A stretch of DNA of 64,000 bases. It comes from Candidatus Poriferisocius sp. (lineage in GTDB: Bacteria; Actinomycetota; Acidimicrobiia; Acidimicrobiales; Bin134). Below are positions 1 to 8,286 of this stretch, one piece after another (within the stretch, counting starts at the first letter, position 1; every line of letters begins with the position of its first letter). The DNA lies in NCBI GenBank assembly GCA_965208545.1, contig OZ242341.1, positions 2,015,380-2,079,379 on the forward strand, in the 5' to 3' direction. The position numbers were made by a program, and so were the translations under genes. Below the pieces are notes generated by a model. It saw only the letters and a program-made list of their open reading frames with translations, was not told the origin of the DNA and made no database searches.

Positions 1-315
1 ATAGCCGAGGCTCAGCCCGGTGTCCACGATGTCCTCCACCAGCACCACTTGGCGTCCGCCCACATCGCAGTCCAGGTCTTTGACCAGCCGGACGCGTCCC
101 GAGTCGGGGGCGAATCGGGACAACGCCAAGAAGTCCACCTCCACCTCGATGTCCACCGCCCGGACCAGGTCGGCAAGAAAGGGCAGGCTCCCCTTCAACA
201 CCGACACCAGCACCACTCCATCGGAGCACTGCTGCGATATCTCAACGGCGACGCGCTCAACGGCCTGCTCTATGGCCTCCCGGCTGGCGAATAACTCGGG
301 GTCGGCGCGGTTCAC
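1..315 (-). CDS. hpt: hypoxanthine phosphoribosyltransferase (partial; C-terminus lies beyond the window start)
   Basis: Minus-strand translation from GTG at 315 gives VNRADPELFASREAIEQAVERVAVEISQQCSDGVVLVSVLKGSLPFLADLVRAVDIEVEVDFLALSRFAPDSGRVRLVKDLDCDVGGRQVVLVEDIVDTGLSLGY. It contains the PRPP-binding motif VVLVEDIVDTGLSL of type I PRTases/HPRT. It is absent from the ORF track because it runs off the window. Confidence 0.75.
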   Translation of the reverse strand, partial: MNRADPELFASREAIEQAVERVAVEISQQCSDGVVLVSVLKGSLPFLADLVRAVDIEVEVDFLALSRFAPDSGRVRLVKDLDCDVGGRQVVLVEDIVDTGLSLGY

Positions 316-319
316 GCCG

Positions 320-1048
320 CTAATTGCGATTCCCAGTGTGGTTGGCCAAGGCACCTCGGAGCAGCGAGAGCCTCAGCTCCGAGCCGAGGTTGATCAGCTC
401 CACCAGCACGTCTTGGGACTGCTTGCGGGACTTGGGCGTGCGCTGCATCACCAGCGGCATGATCCGCTGCTCCAGCAGGCCTGCCTCCCGCTCGGCGGCT
501 GACTTGTAGGCCCGCAGGTGGCGGGGCTCCAGCCCGTGGGCCAAGAACCCGGCGGCCACCTTGGCCACGATGACCGCTTCGGCGCCGTAGTGCGAGAGCG
601 CTCCGTCGTCTAGGGGCTCAATGAGGCCGAATTTCTCGAGCTCGACAATCTTGGACTGGTTCAGCCCGCTGGCCGACGCCAGCTCGTCGAGAGTCAGCGA
701 CACCGACACCGCCCCGGTGTCCAACGGGTTGGGACGCCGGGAACTACGGGAGCGAGGGGCGGCCTCGTCCTCGCCGGACTCCCCGCGTCCGTCCGCCTCT
801 TCGAAGTCCTCGCCGTCGATGCGCTCTTTGATGACCTTGAGGGGCAGGAAGTGATCTCGCTGCTGCTCCAGAATCCACCGCAGCCGGTTGATGTCGGCCT
901 CAGTGAATTTCCGGTACCCAGACTGGTTGCGCTCGGGATCGATGAGGCCCTGGCTCTCGAGAAAGCGGATCTTGGAGATGCTTATGTCGGAAAACTCGTC
1001 TTTCAGCAGGTCCAATACCTGGCCGATCGACCGGTGCTGGCCGTTCAT
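320..1048 (-). CDS. MerR-family transcriptional regulator
   Basis: 242-aa ORF with an N-terminal MerR helix-turn-helix (SIGQVLDLLKDEFSDISISKIRFLESQGLIDPERNQSGYRKFTEADINRLRWIL). Its ATG overlaps the stop of the upstream FHA gene (1045-1048). Its position after the FHA protein and gcvH matches actinobacterial synteny. Confidence 0.85.
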   Translation of the reverse strand: MNGQHRSIGQVLDLLKDEFSDISISKIRFLESQGLIDPERNQSGYRKFTEADINRLRWILEQQRDHFLPLKVIKERIDGEDFEEADGRGESGEDEAAPRSRSSRRPNPLDTGAVSVSLTLDELASASGLNQSKIVELEKFGLIEPLDDGALSHYGAEAVIVAKVAAGFLAHGLEPRHLRAYKSAAEREAGLLEQRIMPLVMQRTPKSRKQSQDVLVELINLGSELRLSLLRGALANHTGNRN

Positions 1049-1533
1049 TCGCTGGTCCCGTCGTAGAACACCAGCTTGAATCGGCCGATCTGGAGCTCGT
1101 CGCCGTTCTTCAAACCGGCATCCTCAACTCGCCGACTGTTCAGATAGGTGCCGTTCAGCGAACCCATGTCCTTGACGTGTTGAACCAGGCCGTCCCGATA
1201 GACCTCGGCGTGCCGCCGAGACACCGTGATGTCGTCCAAGAAGATGCCGGAGTCGGGATGGCGACCCACGGTCACCCGGGCTTCGGACAGCTCGAATCGG
1301 CTGCCCGCGGTCGGTCCCTGGGTTACCACCAATACCGCCGGATGCCTCACCAGATCGGCCTCGAGTTCCAACTCGGTGGTGGGCTCGTCGACAGATACAG
1401 CCCCCTCAACCATGCCGTCGGAGCTGAGGTGGTGTCCGCACGAGGCGCAGAAGTTGGCCCCAGCCTCGCTGACAAAGCCGCATTGCGGGCAGACGACCCC
1501 TTGGGTCTCTCCATCATCAGGTCGGGAGGTCAA
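1045..1533 (-). CDS. FHA-domain protein with N-terminal zinc ribbon (GarA/OdhI-like)
   Basis: Zinc ribbon CPQCG...CASCG followed by an FHA core (VTVGRHPDSGIFLDDITVSRRHAEV...GSLNGTYLN). The ORF is open up to GTG 1623, but that start would overlap gcvH by 94 nt. TTG at 1533 overlaps the gcvH stop and is the only other in-frame start before the zinc ribbon. The start is uncertain. Confidence 0.75.
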   Translation of the reverse strand: MTSRPDDGETQGVVCPQCGFVSEAGANFCASCGHHLSSDGMVEGAVSVDEPTTELELEADLVRHPAVLVVTQGPTAGSRFELSEARVTVGRHPDSGIFLDDITVSRRHAEVYRDGLVQHVKDMGSLNGTYLNSRRVEDAGLKNGDELQIGRFKLVFYDGTSE

Positions 1534-1916
1534 TCGACGGTCTCCGTTAGCTCGGTGTAGGCCGCCGCGTCCAGGAGGCTGTCCAGCTCCGACAGATCGG
1601 AGGCCTCGATCACGCAGATCCACCCTTCTCCGTAGGGGTCTTCGTTGAGCCGCTCGGGGTGGTCGATCAGATCGGTGTTCACCTCGACGATGGTTCCGCT
1701 CAGCGGAGCGTAGATCTCTGACACCGACTTGGTGGACTCAACCTCGCTGAACGGATCGCCGCTGGTCACGTCAGTCCCCACCGGAGGAAGGTCGATGAAC
1801 ACGACGTCGCCCAGGGCATCCTGGGCGTAATCGGTGATGCCCAAGCAAACCCGGTTGCCCTCAACCCTGGTCCATTCGTGGTCTTCGGAATAGCGGAGTT
1901 CAGCCGGTACGTTCAT
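1530..1916 (-). CDS. gcvH: glycine cleavage system protein H
   Basis: MNVPAELRYSEDHEWTRVEG... with the lipoyl-lysine motif EVESTKSVSEIYAPLSG. The start is placed at the second Met (1916) rather than the ORF start at 1952. Confidence 0.9.
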   Translation of the reverse strand: MNVPAELRYSEDHEWTRVEGNRVCLGITDYAQDALGDVVFIDLPPVGTDVTSGDPFSEVESTKSVSEIYAPLSGTIVEVNTDLIDHPERLNEDPYGEGWICVIEASDLSELDSLLDAAAYTELTETVD

Positions 1917-1954
1917 TGCGGACACCGTACCGGCTGGAGGGAAAACTCTCAACC

Positions 1955-2542
1955 TCAGCTTGAGGCTGCGGTTCGGCCCGCCCTTCCCTCGGCAAGGGCC
2001 TGGCGGGCCCGGGGGATGTACTCCACCGCGGCGTAGTAGCTGAGTGCCAGCGACGGGATGCCCAGGCCCCAGCCCACGCCCCGCAGCGCGGCACCTCCTC
2101 CCACGCTCGAGTCGCCGAGCAACAAGAACGGCAGAGCGAACATGAGGCCGAACGTGGACGTCTTGCCGGTCCAGGTCACATCGATCCTGCGGGCTCCCAT
2201 TGCCGCCAGAACCACTGTGGCCAGCGACACCGCGGCCTCCCTCGCCAGCATGGTCACCCCGAATGCCGCATGGAGGGAGCCGTCCACCATCATCACCACC
2301 ACCGCGGCCAAAAACATCAGGCGGTCGGCCGAGGGGTCCAGGATCTTCCCCAGCTCGGAGCCCTGGTCGAATCGCCGGGCAATGTAGCCGTCAACCCAGT
2401 CGGTGGCCCCCAGCACCCCCAGCAAGATGGCCGCCCCGGCCCGGTTTCCCATGCCCAGAAGCAGCACGCAGAACACCGGCACGCACGCCAGCCGCCCCAC
2501 CGATATGAAGTTAGGAACCGTCAGCACCTGCCGCCCCGACAT
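1955..2542 (-). CDS. CDP-alcohol phosphatidyltransferase (PgsA-type)
   Basis: 195-aa multi-TM ORF with DGYIARRFDQGSELGKILDPSADR, which matches the D-G-x2-A-R-x8-G-x3-D-x3-D signature. Confidence 0.85.
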   Translation of the reverse strand: MSGRQVLTVPNFISVGRLACVPVFCVLLLGMGNRAGAAILLGVLGATDWVDGYIARRFDQGSELGKILDPSADRLMFLAAVVVMMVDGSLHAAFGVTMLAREAAVSLATVVLAAMGARRIDVTWTGKTSTFGLMFALPFLLLGDSSVGGGAALRGVGWGLGIPSLALSYYAAVEYIPRARQALAEGRAGRTAASS

Positions 2543-2564
2543 AGCCAGGTCATACTATGAGCAG

Positions 2565-2966
2565 ATGCCCAGCGTGTTCACGATGATCATCAACGGCGAC
2601 CTACCCGGACACTTTGTATGGGAAGACGACGACTGCGTGGCCATCTTGTCCATCAACCCCATTCAGACCGGCCATGCGCTCATCGTGCCCCGAGCCGAGA
2701 TCGACCACTGGCTGGATGTGCCTCCCGAGTTGGCCGCCCATCTGATGGTCGTGGCCCAAGAGGTGGGGGCCGCCCAAATGGCCGCATTCGGGCCGCCCCG
2801 AGTCGGCCTCATCATCGCCGGCCACGAGGTGCCCCACACCCACTTACACGTCATCCCGATGTTCGACATCGGCGATCTGAGCTTCGCCAACGCCAAAGCC
2901 TCGGTTCCCCCCGAAGAGCTGGCCGAGGCCGCTGAGGCCCTGCGCTCCCACATTTCCGAGAGCTAG
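2565..2966 (+). CDS. HIT (histidine triad) family protein
   Basis: MPSVFTMIINGDLPGHFVWEDDDCVAILSINPIQTGHALIVPR... with the histidine triad HTHLHVIP. The ATG at 2565 was chosen because the upstream part of ORF 2403.. is antisense to the phosphatidyltransferase gene. Confidence 0.85.
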   Translation: MPSVFTMIINGDLPGHFVWEDDDCVAILSINPIQTGHALIVPRAEIDHWLDVPPELAAHLMVVAQEVGAAQMAAFGPPRVGLIIAGHEVPHTHLHVIPMFDIGDLSFANAKASVPPEELAEAAEALRSHISES

Positions 2967-2975
2967 CGCCGCGCG

Positions 2976-4505
2976 CTAACTCTGGATCACATTGCGGAGC
3001 CGGTAGACACGCAGGCCCGCAGCTCCCTCTTCCAGCTCTAGGCGCTCGAAACCGGTCCTCCGGATGTCCAAATCGAAGCTCTCGACATCCAGAGGACTCC
3101 ATTCGGGGGCGGACTCGGCGTCGAACACGATCCACTCCACCTTGGGGGTGGCCGCCACCGCGGCGCTGTCGGGGTCGTCTCCAGCATGCAGCACATACAG
3201 CCGGGTGCGGTCCGACAGCAGGGGAAGAACCTGCTCTGAAGCCCGCACCGACGCATCAGGCGGAATCAGGTCGGCGGCCTCCTGGCGGGCAATGTCCATC
3301 GTGTCGCGCTGGCCCCAGTTCCACGGCCTCTCGTACAGAGAGCTCGGGGCGTCTCGCAAGAAGAAGAGGCTGGCCGTCAGAACCAATGCGGTGAGCAGGC
3401 GGCGGTCCACATTGACTCGCTCCACCAGCACTCGACCCGATCGGGCCAGGGCAAACACTGTGGCCGCAAAGACGAAAGGGATCATCGGCACCGTCTGGGA
3501 GGCCTCCGCCAGCGGGCCAGAGGGTACGTCGGCCACCAGGTACACCGCGAACAGGGGAAGCACCGGCAGCACGTAGCGGGGCGCCACCAGCGGCAGCAGC
3601 ATGACCGGAGCCAACAGGAAGACGATCATCTGGAAATTGGCCTGTGACACCGCGTCGGCCACTACTTGGTGAGGGGCGGAAATGAAGCCCCACAGCACCG
3701 AACCCGGATGGCTGCTGCCGAAGTCGGAGAACGCCTCGATGTGGGGGAAGCGCCCGCCGTTGAATCGTGGCTGGATGGCCGTCATCGCCACCAGCCCATA
3801 GGCCAGGCCGCCGAGAGAAATGGCGGTTCCGGGGCGGCGGCGACCCTCCAGCAGCACCAGCAGCCCCAGCCCGGAAAGGGCGAAGGCCAGGTCCGACCGG
3901 CAGGTCACCACCACCAGCGCGAACACCGCGAACCAGTTCCATCGCCCCTTGAGGGCAGTGAGCACCGCGGCGAACAGTGCAGGCACGGCCAGGGCCTCAG
4001 GGTGGAAGTCGGAGAGGTTGATCGAGTGGACCGCTGGATAGGCGCAGTAGGCGAAGACCACCGCAAACGCCGCACCCGACTTGAGGCCTCCCACGTCGCG
4101 GGCGATGCGCCACAGCGGCACCACGGCCAGTCCCAACGCCGCGGCTTGCAGGCACAAGAGGGTGGGCTGGTCGGGGAACAGGGCGATCAGCCCGGCCACC
4201 GGGTAGAGGATGAACGCGGCCTGCTCCCACAGCAGGTTGTGGCCGGCCACGCTGGAGCGCGGCTCGTATCCCTCACCGATGAGCCACAGCCCTTGAAGGT
4301 GGGCCGACAAGTCGGCCCCGGCATCCAACTGATGGGCCCGAGTCAAAGCCAGACCCGAGAGGGCCGCGCCCAGCATCACCGCGATGATCCACGGGACAGC
4401 TTGGTCGAACCTCTGGGTGTCGAGGCGGGCCTGCCAGCGCAGCGAGAAGATCTCCAGCCGGCGCCGCGACTGGGCCAGCGTGACCTTGGCCTGCTCTAAA
4501 TCCAC
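2976..4505 (-). CDS. polytopic membrane protein, DUF2079-like
   Basis: The C-terminal 510 codons of ORF 2976..4937 contain many TM helices plus a soluble tail. The pattern resembles DUF2079 from memory. GTG at 4505 overlaps the upstream stop by 1 nt (TAGTG). The upstream ~144 codons of the ORF overlap the amidohydrolase gene. Confidence 0.6.
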   Translation of the reverse strand: MDLEQAKVTLAQSRRRLEIFSLRWQARLDTQRFDQAVPWIIAVMLGAALSGLALTRAHQLDAGADLSAHLQGLWLIGEGYEPRSSVAGHNLLWEQAAFILYPVAGLIALFPDQPTLLCLQAAALGLAVVPLWRIARDVGGLKSGAAFAVVFAYCAYPAVHSINLSDFHPEALAVPALFAAVLTALKGRWNWFAVFALVVVTCRSDLAFALSGLGLLVLLEGRRRPGTAISLGGLAYGLVAMTAIQPRFNGGRFPHIEAFSDFGSSHPGSVLWGFISAPHQVVADAVSQANFQMIVFLLAPVMLLPLVAPRYVLPVLPLFAVYLVADVPSGPLAEASQTVPMIPFVFAATVFALARSGRVLVERVNVDRRLLTALVLTASLFFLRDAPSSLYERPWNWGQRDTMDIARQEAADLIPPDASVRASEQVLPLLSDRTRLYVLHAGDDPDSAAVAATPKVEWIVFDAESAPEWSPLDVESFDLDIRRTGFERLELEEGAAGLRVYRLRNVIQS

Positions 4506-6250
4506 TACCCGACCAGCACGGTCTCGGTGTCGCGCCCCGACCGCAGCAGGATGCCGGGCCGAGCATCGGTCGCCTGCCCGTCGCTCACGATCAGCTCCCC
4601 GTTCACCAGCACATGGTCGACGCCGACTGAGTCGGCGAACAATCGAGGCGAGCCGCCCGGCAAATCGTCCACCATGCGCATGGCGCCGGAGTCGATTGTG
4701 TCGGGGTCGAATACCACGAGATCGGCGCGCCATCCCTGCTCGATGCGGCCTCGCTCCCGCAGGCCGAACAGCCGGGCCGGGGCGTCGGTCAGCATGTGTA
4801 TGGCCGTCTCCAGCGAAGCCAGCCGCCGGCCCCGCAGGCAGTCGCCCAAGAACGCGGTGGTGTAGGGGGCGCCGCACATTCGGTCGAGGTGGGCGCCGGC
4901 ATCGGAGCCTCCCAAGAGCGTGTGCTCGCTCTGCCATGCTTCGGCCCGCAGCCGCCAGCTCTCGTCATCGTCGTCGGTGGGCGCCGGCCACAGCACGGTG
5001 CGCAGCTCGTCGGCCAGAACGATGTCTACCAGGGTGTCGAAGGGCTCGGTTCCCCGCTCCGCACCGATTTCCGCCACGGTGCGCCCGGAAAGTCCATCAT
5101 TGGCCGAGCTGAAGGTGTCGCCGATCCGATAGCCGCCCCACCCGGTGAGCCGGCTGAACACCCCGGCGTCGGGCGAGGCAGCCCGCTCGGCCAAGTGGGC
5201 TCTGGTTTGGGGATCGGCGAGGCGAGCCATCCGCTCGGCCACCGGCAGGCCCAGAACCTCCCCCCAGTCGGGCAGCATGTTGAGGGCGCAGTAGTTGAGG
5301 AAGCTCATGTTCATGCCCACCAGCACCGGCATGGTCAGCGCCACCACCCGGGCTCCGTGTTCGGCGGCCCGCACCGAGGCGCCTAGCTGCTCCCGGTAGC
5401 GGTCGGGGTCGGCCGAGTCGATGGTGAGCACGTTCCAGTTGAGCGGCCGCCGGGCCGCTCGACTCATGTCCACCATCAAGTCGAGCTCCTCTTCGGTGAA
5501 GCCCTGCATGCAGCCGTCGGTGACGTACTCCAGGGTGGTGCCCTCGTGCTCAGAAACCACCGAGCACAGCGCTACTACCTCGTCGTTGCTGGCGAATCGA
5601 GAGGCCACCGGAGCGCCGTCGCCGTCGTTGTGGGTATAGGACAGCGAAGTGGAAAAACCCAGGCCGCCCGCGGCGATGCCCTCGGCTAACAGCGTCTTCA
5701 TCGCCTCAAGCTGGTCGGGGGCGGCCTCGCTGCCGGTGGCGTCGGCGCCCATGACCGCCCGGCGGATGGCGCAGTGGCCCACCAGGAACCCGGCGTTTAC
5801 GCCGAGATTGCCGTCCAAGCGGGCCAAGTAGTCGGAAAAAGTACGCCACGACCAGTCCAGCCCGGTCTCCAGGGCGGTGAGCGGCATGCCCTCCACTTTG
5901 GCCATCATCCGCTGGAGGTAGGGAGCGTCGCCGGGGTTGAGGGGCGCCAGGGTGAATCCGCAGTTGCCGCCGATCACGGTGGTAACCCCGTGCAGGTTGG
6001 AAGGAGAGGCGGCCGGATCCCAAAAAAGCTGGGCATCGTAGTGGGTGTGGGGGTCCACAAAGCCGGGGCAAACCACCCGGCCAGTGGCATCAATCTCGCG
6101 GCGCCCCGAGTCGTCCACTTCGCCGACGACCGCGATGCGCCCGCCCTCGATGCCGACGTCGCCCGAAAAGCCCGGACTCCCCGAGCCGTCAACAATCGTG
6201 CCGCCGCGGATAACCAGGTCCAACACGACCCCAATCCTACTTATCCGCAT
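4505..6250 (-). CDS. N-acyl-D-amino-acid deacylase (D-aminoacylase) family amidohydrolase
   Basis: 581 aa with DLVIRGGTIVDGSG...GRVVCPGFVDPHTHYD (HxH metal site), typical of the D-aminoacylase subfamily of amidohydrolases. Confidence 0.8.
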   Translation of the reverse strand: MRISRIGVVLDLVIRGGTIVDGSGSPGFSGDVGIEGGRIAVVGEVDDSGRREIDATGRVVCPGFVDPHTHYDAQLFWDPAASPSNLHGVTTVIGGNCGFTLAPLNPGDAPYLQRMMAKVEGMPLTALETGLDWSWRTFSDYLARLDGNLGVNAGFLVGHCAIRRAVMGADATGSEAAPDQLEAMKTLLAEGIAAGGLGFSTSLSYTHNDGDGAPVASRFASNDEVVALCSVVSEHEGTTLEYVTDGCMQGFTEEELDLMVDMSRAARRPLNWNVLTIDSADPDRYREQLGASVRAAEHGARVVALTMPVLVGMNMSFLNYCALNMLPDWGEVLGLPVAERMARLADPQTRAHLAERAASPDAGVFSRLTGWGGYRIGDTFSSANDGLSGRTVAEIGAERGTEPFDTLVDIVLADELRTVLWPAPTDDDDESWRLRAEAWQSEHTLLGGSDAGAHLDRMCGAPYTTAFLGDCLRGRRLASLETAIHMLTDAPARLFGLRERGRIEQGWRADLVVFDPDTIDSGAMRMVDDLPGGSPRLFADSVGVDHVLVNGELIVSDGQATDARPGILLRSGRDTETVLVG

Positions 6251-6289
6251 GGGGCTCCCCCACGCAGCCGCACTATGCTCACCCCGTTA

Positions 6290-6367
6290 CGGGCTGTGGC
6301 GCAGCTTGGTTAGCGCGTCGGTCTGGGGGACCGAAGGTCCCGGGTTCAAATCCCGGCAGCCCGACCA
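6290..6367 (+). tRNA. tRNA-Pro (anticodon GGG), CCA encoded
   Basis: Hand-folded cloverleaf: acceptor CGGGCUG/CAGCCCG, D arm GCGC-AGCUUGGUUA-GCGC, anticodon arm UCGGU-CUGGGGG-ACCGA (GGG with G37), variable AGGUC, T arm CCGGG-UUCAAAU-CCCGG, discriminator A, then CCA at 6365-6367. Confidence 0.9.
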
Positions 6368-6421
6368 GCGATTGGAGCGAATCACCAGTGCAGAGCGATG
6401 CCAATTGGCAGCCGCATCCGC

Positions 6422-6634
6422 TCAGAACAGCAGGGCGATGCCGTCGATGGCGCGCCAGGCGAGGTAGACGCCGGCGGCGGTGATGGCCAGCCAGAAGTGC
6501 CAGGGGACTTTCTGAGGGGGCGGGGCATCTGCCTCCGACGGGGCATCGACCGCCGCACCGCAGGTGGGGCACTCCCCCGCTTCTGTGACCGAGGAGGGGT
6601 TCCAGAACCGCTCACAGGGCTCGCACCACGGCAT
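6422..6634 (-). CDS. small zinc-ribbon membrane protein (hypothetical)
   Basis: 70 aa with CEPC...CPTC cysteine pairs and a C-terminal TM helix (WHFWLAITAAGVYLAWRAIDGIALLF). Third-position GC is high, like neighbouring genes. It is divergent from the ABC operon. Confidence 0.55.
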   Translation of the reverse strand: MPWCEPCERFWNPSSVTEAGECPTCGAAVDAPSEADAPPPQKVPWHFWLAITAAGVYLAWRAIDGIALLF

Positions 6635-6765
6635 CCATTTAGCTTGCCATTGTCAGCCCGTCTTTCCGCATACGGCCAACAGGAGCGTTGTCTTGTCCTT
6701 GTCGAAAGCCAAGCGATAGCGTGCTTTTCCGGCAATTGCTTGTTTATCCGGAGGGAATCCCTGAA

Positions 6766-8160
6766 ATGAGAATGAAATCCAAGTTGCTCGCGCTCGTCGC
6801 CCTGCTGTTTGCCTTCGCCCTCGTGGCCGGAGCCTGCGGCAACGACGACGATGACGCGCCGGCTGCGTCCACACCAGCTCCTACCGCTGTGCCGGCAGAG
6901 GAGATGCCTGAGGAAGAGCCCGAAGAAGAGCCGATGGCTGAGGAAGAGCCCGAAGAAGAGATGAGCCTGGCCGGGACCGTGGTCAACATTCTCGGCCCGG
7001 AGACCGGCCCGGAGGCCGAGGGATTCTTGGCTGGCTTCGAGCCGTTCGAAGCTCGCACCGGCATCGACGTGCAGTACTCCGGCACCCGGGACGCCACCAC
7101 TGAGCTGAACTTGGCTTTGGAAGGCGGCAACCCGCCCGACATCGTGATCATCCCCCAGCCGGGCCGGATTATCCAGTTCGGCGAGTCCGGTGACGCCGTG
7201 GCCCTGCCGCAGTCGCTGCTCGACAGCATCTCTGGCGCCTACGACCCGTTCTGGTTCGACCTGGCCACCACCGGCGGACAGGTCTACGGCGTGCCCAACA
7301 AGGGCGACGTGAAGAGCCTCGTGTGGTACAGCCCGACGCTGTTCGCCGAGAACGGCTACGCGATCCCCAACACCTGGGCCGAGCTCGAGGCGCTGACCGA
7401 CCAGATCAAGGCTGACGGCCTCACCCCCTGGTGCATCGGCATCGGGTCGGGCGACGCCACCGGCTGGGTGTTCACCGACTGGATGGAAGACATGATGCTC
7501 CGCCTCCAGGGTCCCGACGTCTATGACCAGTGGGTGTCCCACGAGATCCCGTTCAACGACCCGCGAGTGGTCGAAGTGGCCGAGTTTGTCGGCGACATCT
7601 GGTTCGAGGAGGGCAACGTCCTCGGCGGTCGCGACCTGATCGCCGCCACCGGCTTCAAAGAGGCCTCCTTGCCGATCGCCGACGGCGACTGCGTGCTGCA
7701 CCGTCAGGCCAGCTTCGCCGGCGCCTTCTACACCGAAATCGGCGCATCGCTCGGTCCCAACGGCGACGTCAACGTGTTCTACCTGCCGACCGTCAGCGAC
7801 GAGTTCGGCACCGTTGTGCTCGGTGCAGGAACCCACGCGGTGGCCTTCACCGACAAGCCCGAGACCCTGGCCGTGATGGAGTACATCGGCACCGCCGAAT
7901 ACGCCAACGCCCGGATCATGGCTGACAAGGGCGGATTCCTCTCGCCCAACCGCGAGCACGACACCTCGCTGTACAGCTCGGACTTCGACCGCGGCTTGGC
8001 CGACATCCTGGTGAGCGCCGATCCGTTCCGGTTCGACGCTTCCGACCTGATGCCCGGCGAGGTCGGCGCTGGCGAGTTCTGGCGCTCCGGAACCGACTAC
8101 GTGTCGGGCTCCAAGACAGCCCAGGAATTTGCCGACGACACCGAGAACGCGTGGCCGTAG
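6766..8160 (+). CDS. ABC transporter substrate-binding lipoprotein (carbohydrate type)
   Basis: MRMKSKLLALVALLFAFALVAGAC carries a lipobox, followed by an acidic linker and a family-1 sugar SBP-like body. GGAGGG sits just upstream of ATG 6766. Confidence 0.85.
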   Translation: MRMKSKLLALVALLFAFALVAGACGNDDDDAPAASTPAPTAVPAEEMPEEEPEEEPMAEEEPEEEMSLAGTVVNILGPETGPEAEGFLAGFEPFEARTGIDVQYSGTRDATTELNLALEGGNPPDIVIIPQPGRIIQFGESGDAVALPQSLLDSISGAYDPFWFDLATTGGQVYGVPNKGDVKSLVWYSPTLFAENGYAIPNTWAELEALTDQIKADGLTPWCIGIGSGDATGWVFTDWMEDMMLRLQGPDVYDQWVSHEIPFNDPRVVEVAEFVGDIWFEEGNVLGGRDLIAATGFKEASLPIADGDCVLHRQASFAGAFYTEIGASLGPNGDVNVFYLPTVSDEFGTVVLGAGTHAVAFTDKPETLAVMEYIGTAEYANARIMADKGGFLSPNREHDTSLYSSDFDRGLADILVSADPFRFDASDLMPGEVGAGEFWRSGTDYVSGSKTAQEFADDTENAWP

Positions 8161-8204
8161 GCAAACGCCAAAAGCTCAGTCGCTAGCGGCTGAACAACTC
8201 TGAA

Positions 8205-8239
8205 CGGAGCCGGGGGCGGCATTTTCGCCCCCGGCTCCG
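8205..8239 (+). terminator. perfect 14-bp stem / 7-nt loop hairpin between the SBP and permease genes
   Basis: CGGAGCCGGGGGCG-GCATTTT-CGCCCCCGGCTCCG with no U-tail. It is a likely intra-operon attenuator or mRNA-stabilising hairpin after the SBP gene. Confidence 0.4.
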
Positions 8240-8286
8240 TCGCGTTCACGCGCCAGCCAGCGAACAACGCCTAGGGTAAGAGCGCC

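Noticed and set aside
2976-4937. Full 653-aa ORF as one gene
   Set aside because: The first ~144 codons overlap the D-aminoacylase gene and are Arg/Pro-rich. GTG 4505 directly abuts the upstream stop and precedes the first TM segment.
6382-7959. 525-aa minus-strand ORF
   Set aside because: It is antisense to the well-supported SBP gene. It is G/V/H/A/R-rich low-information sequence typical of shadow ORFs in high-GC DNA, and it overlaps the small zinc-ribbon gene.
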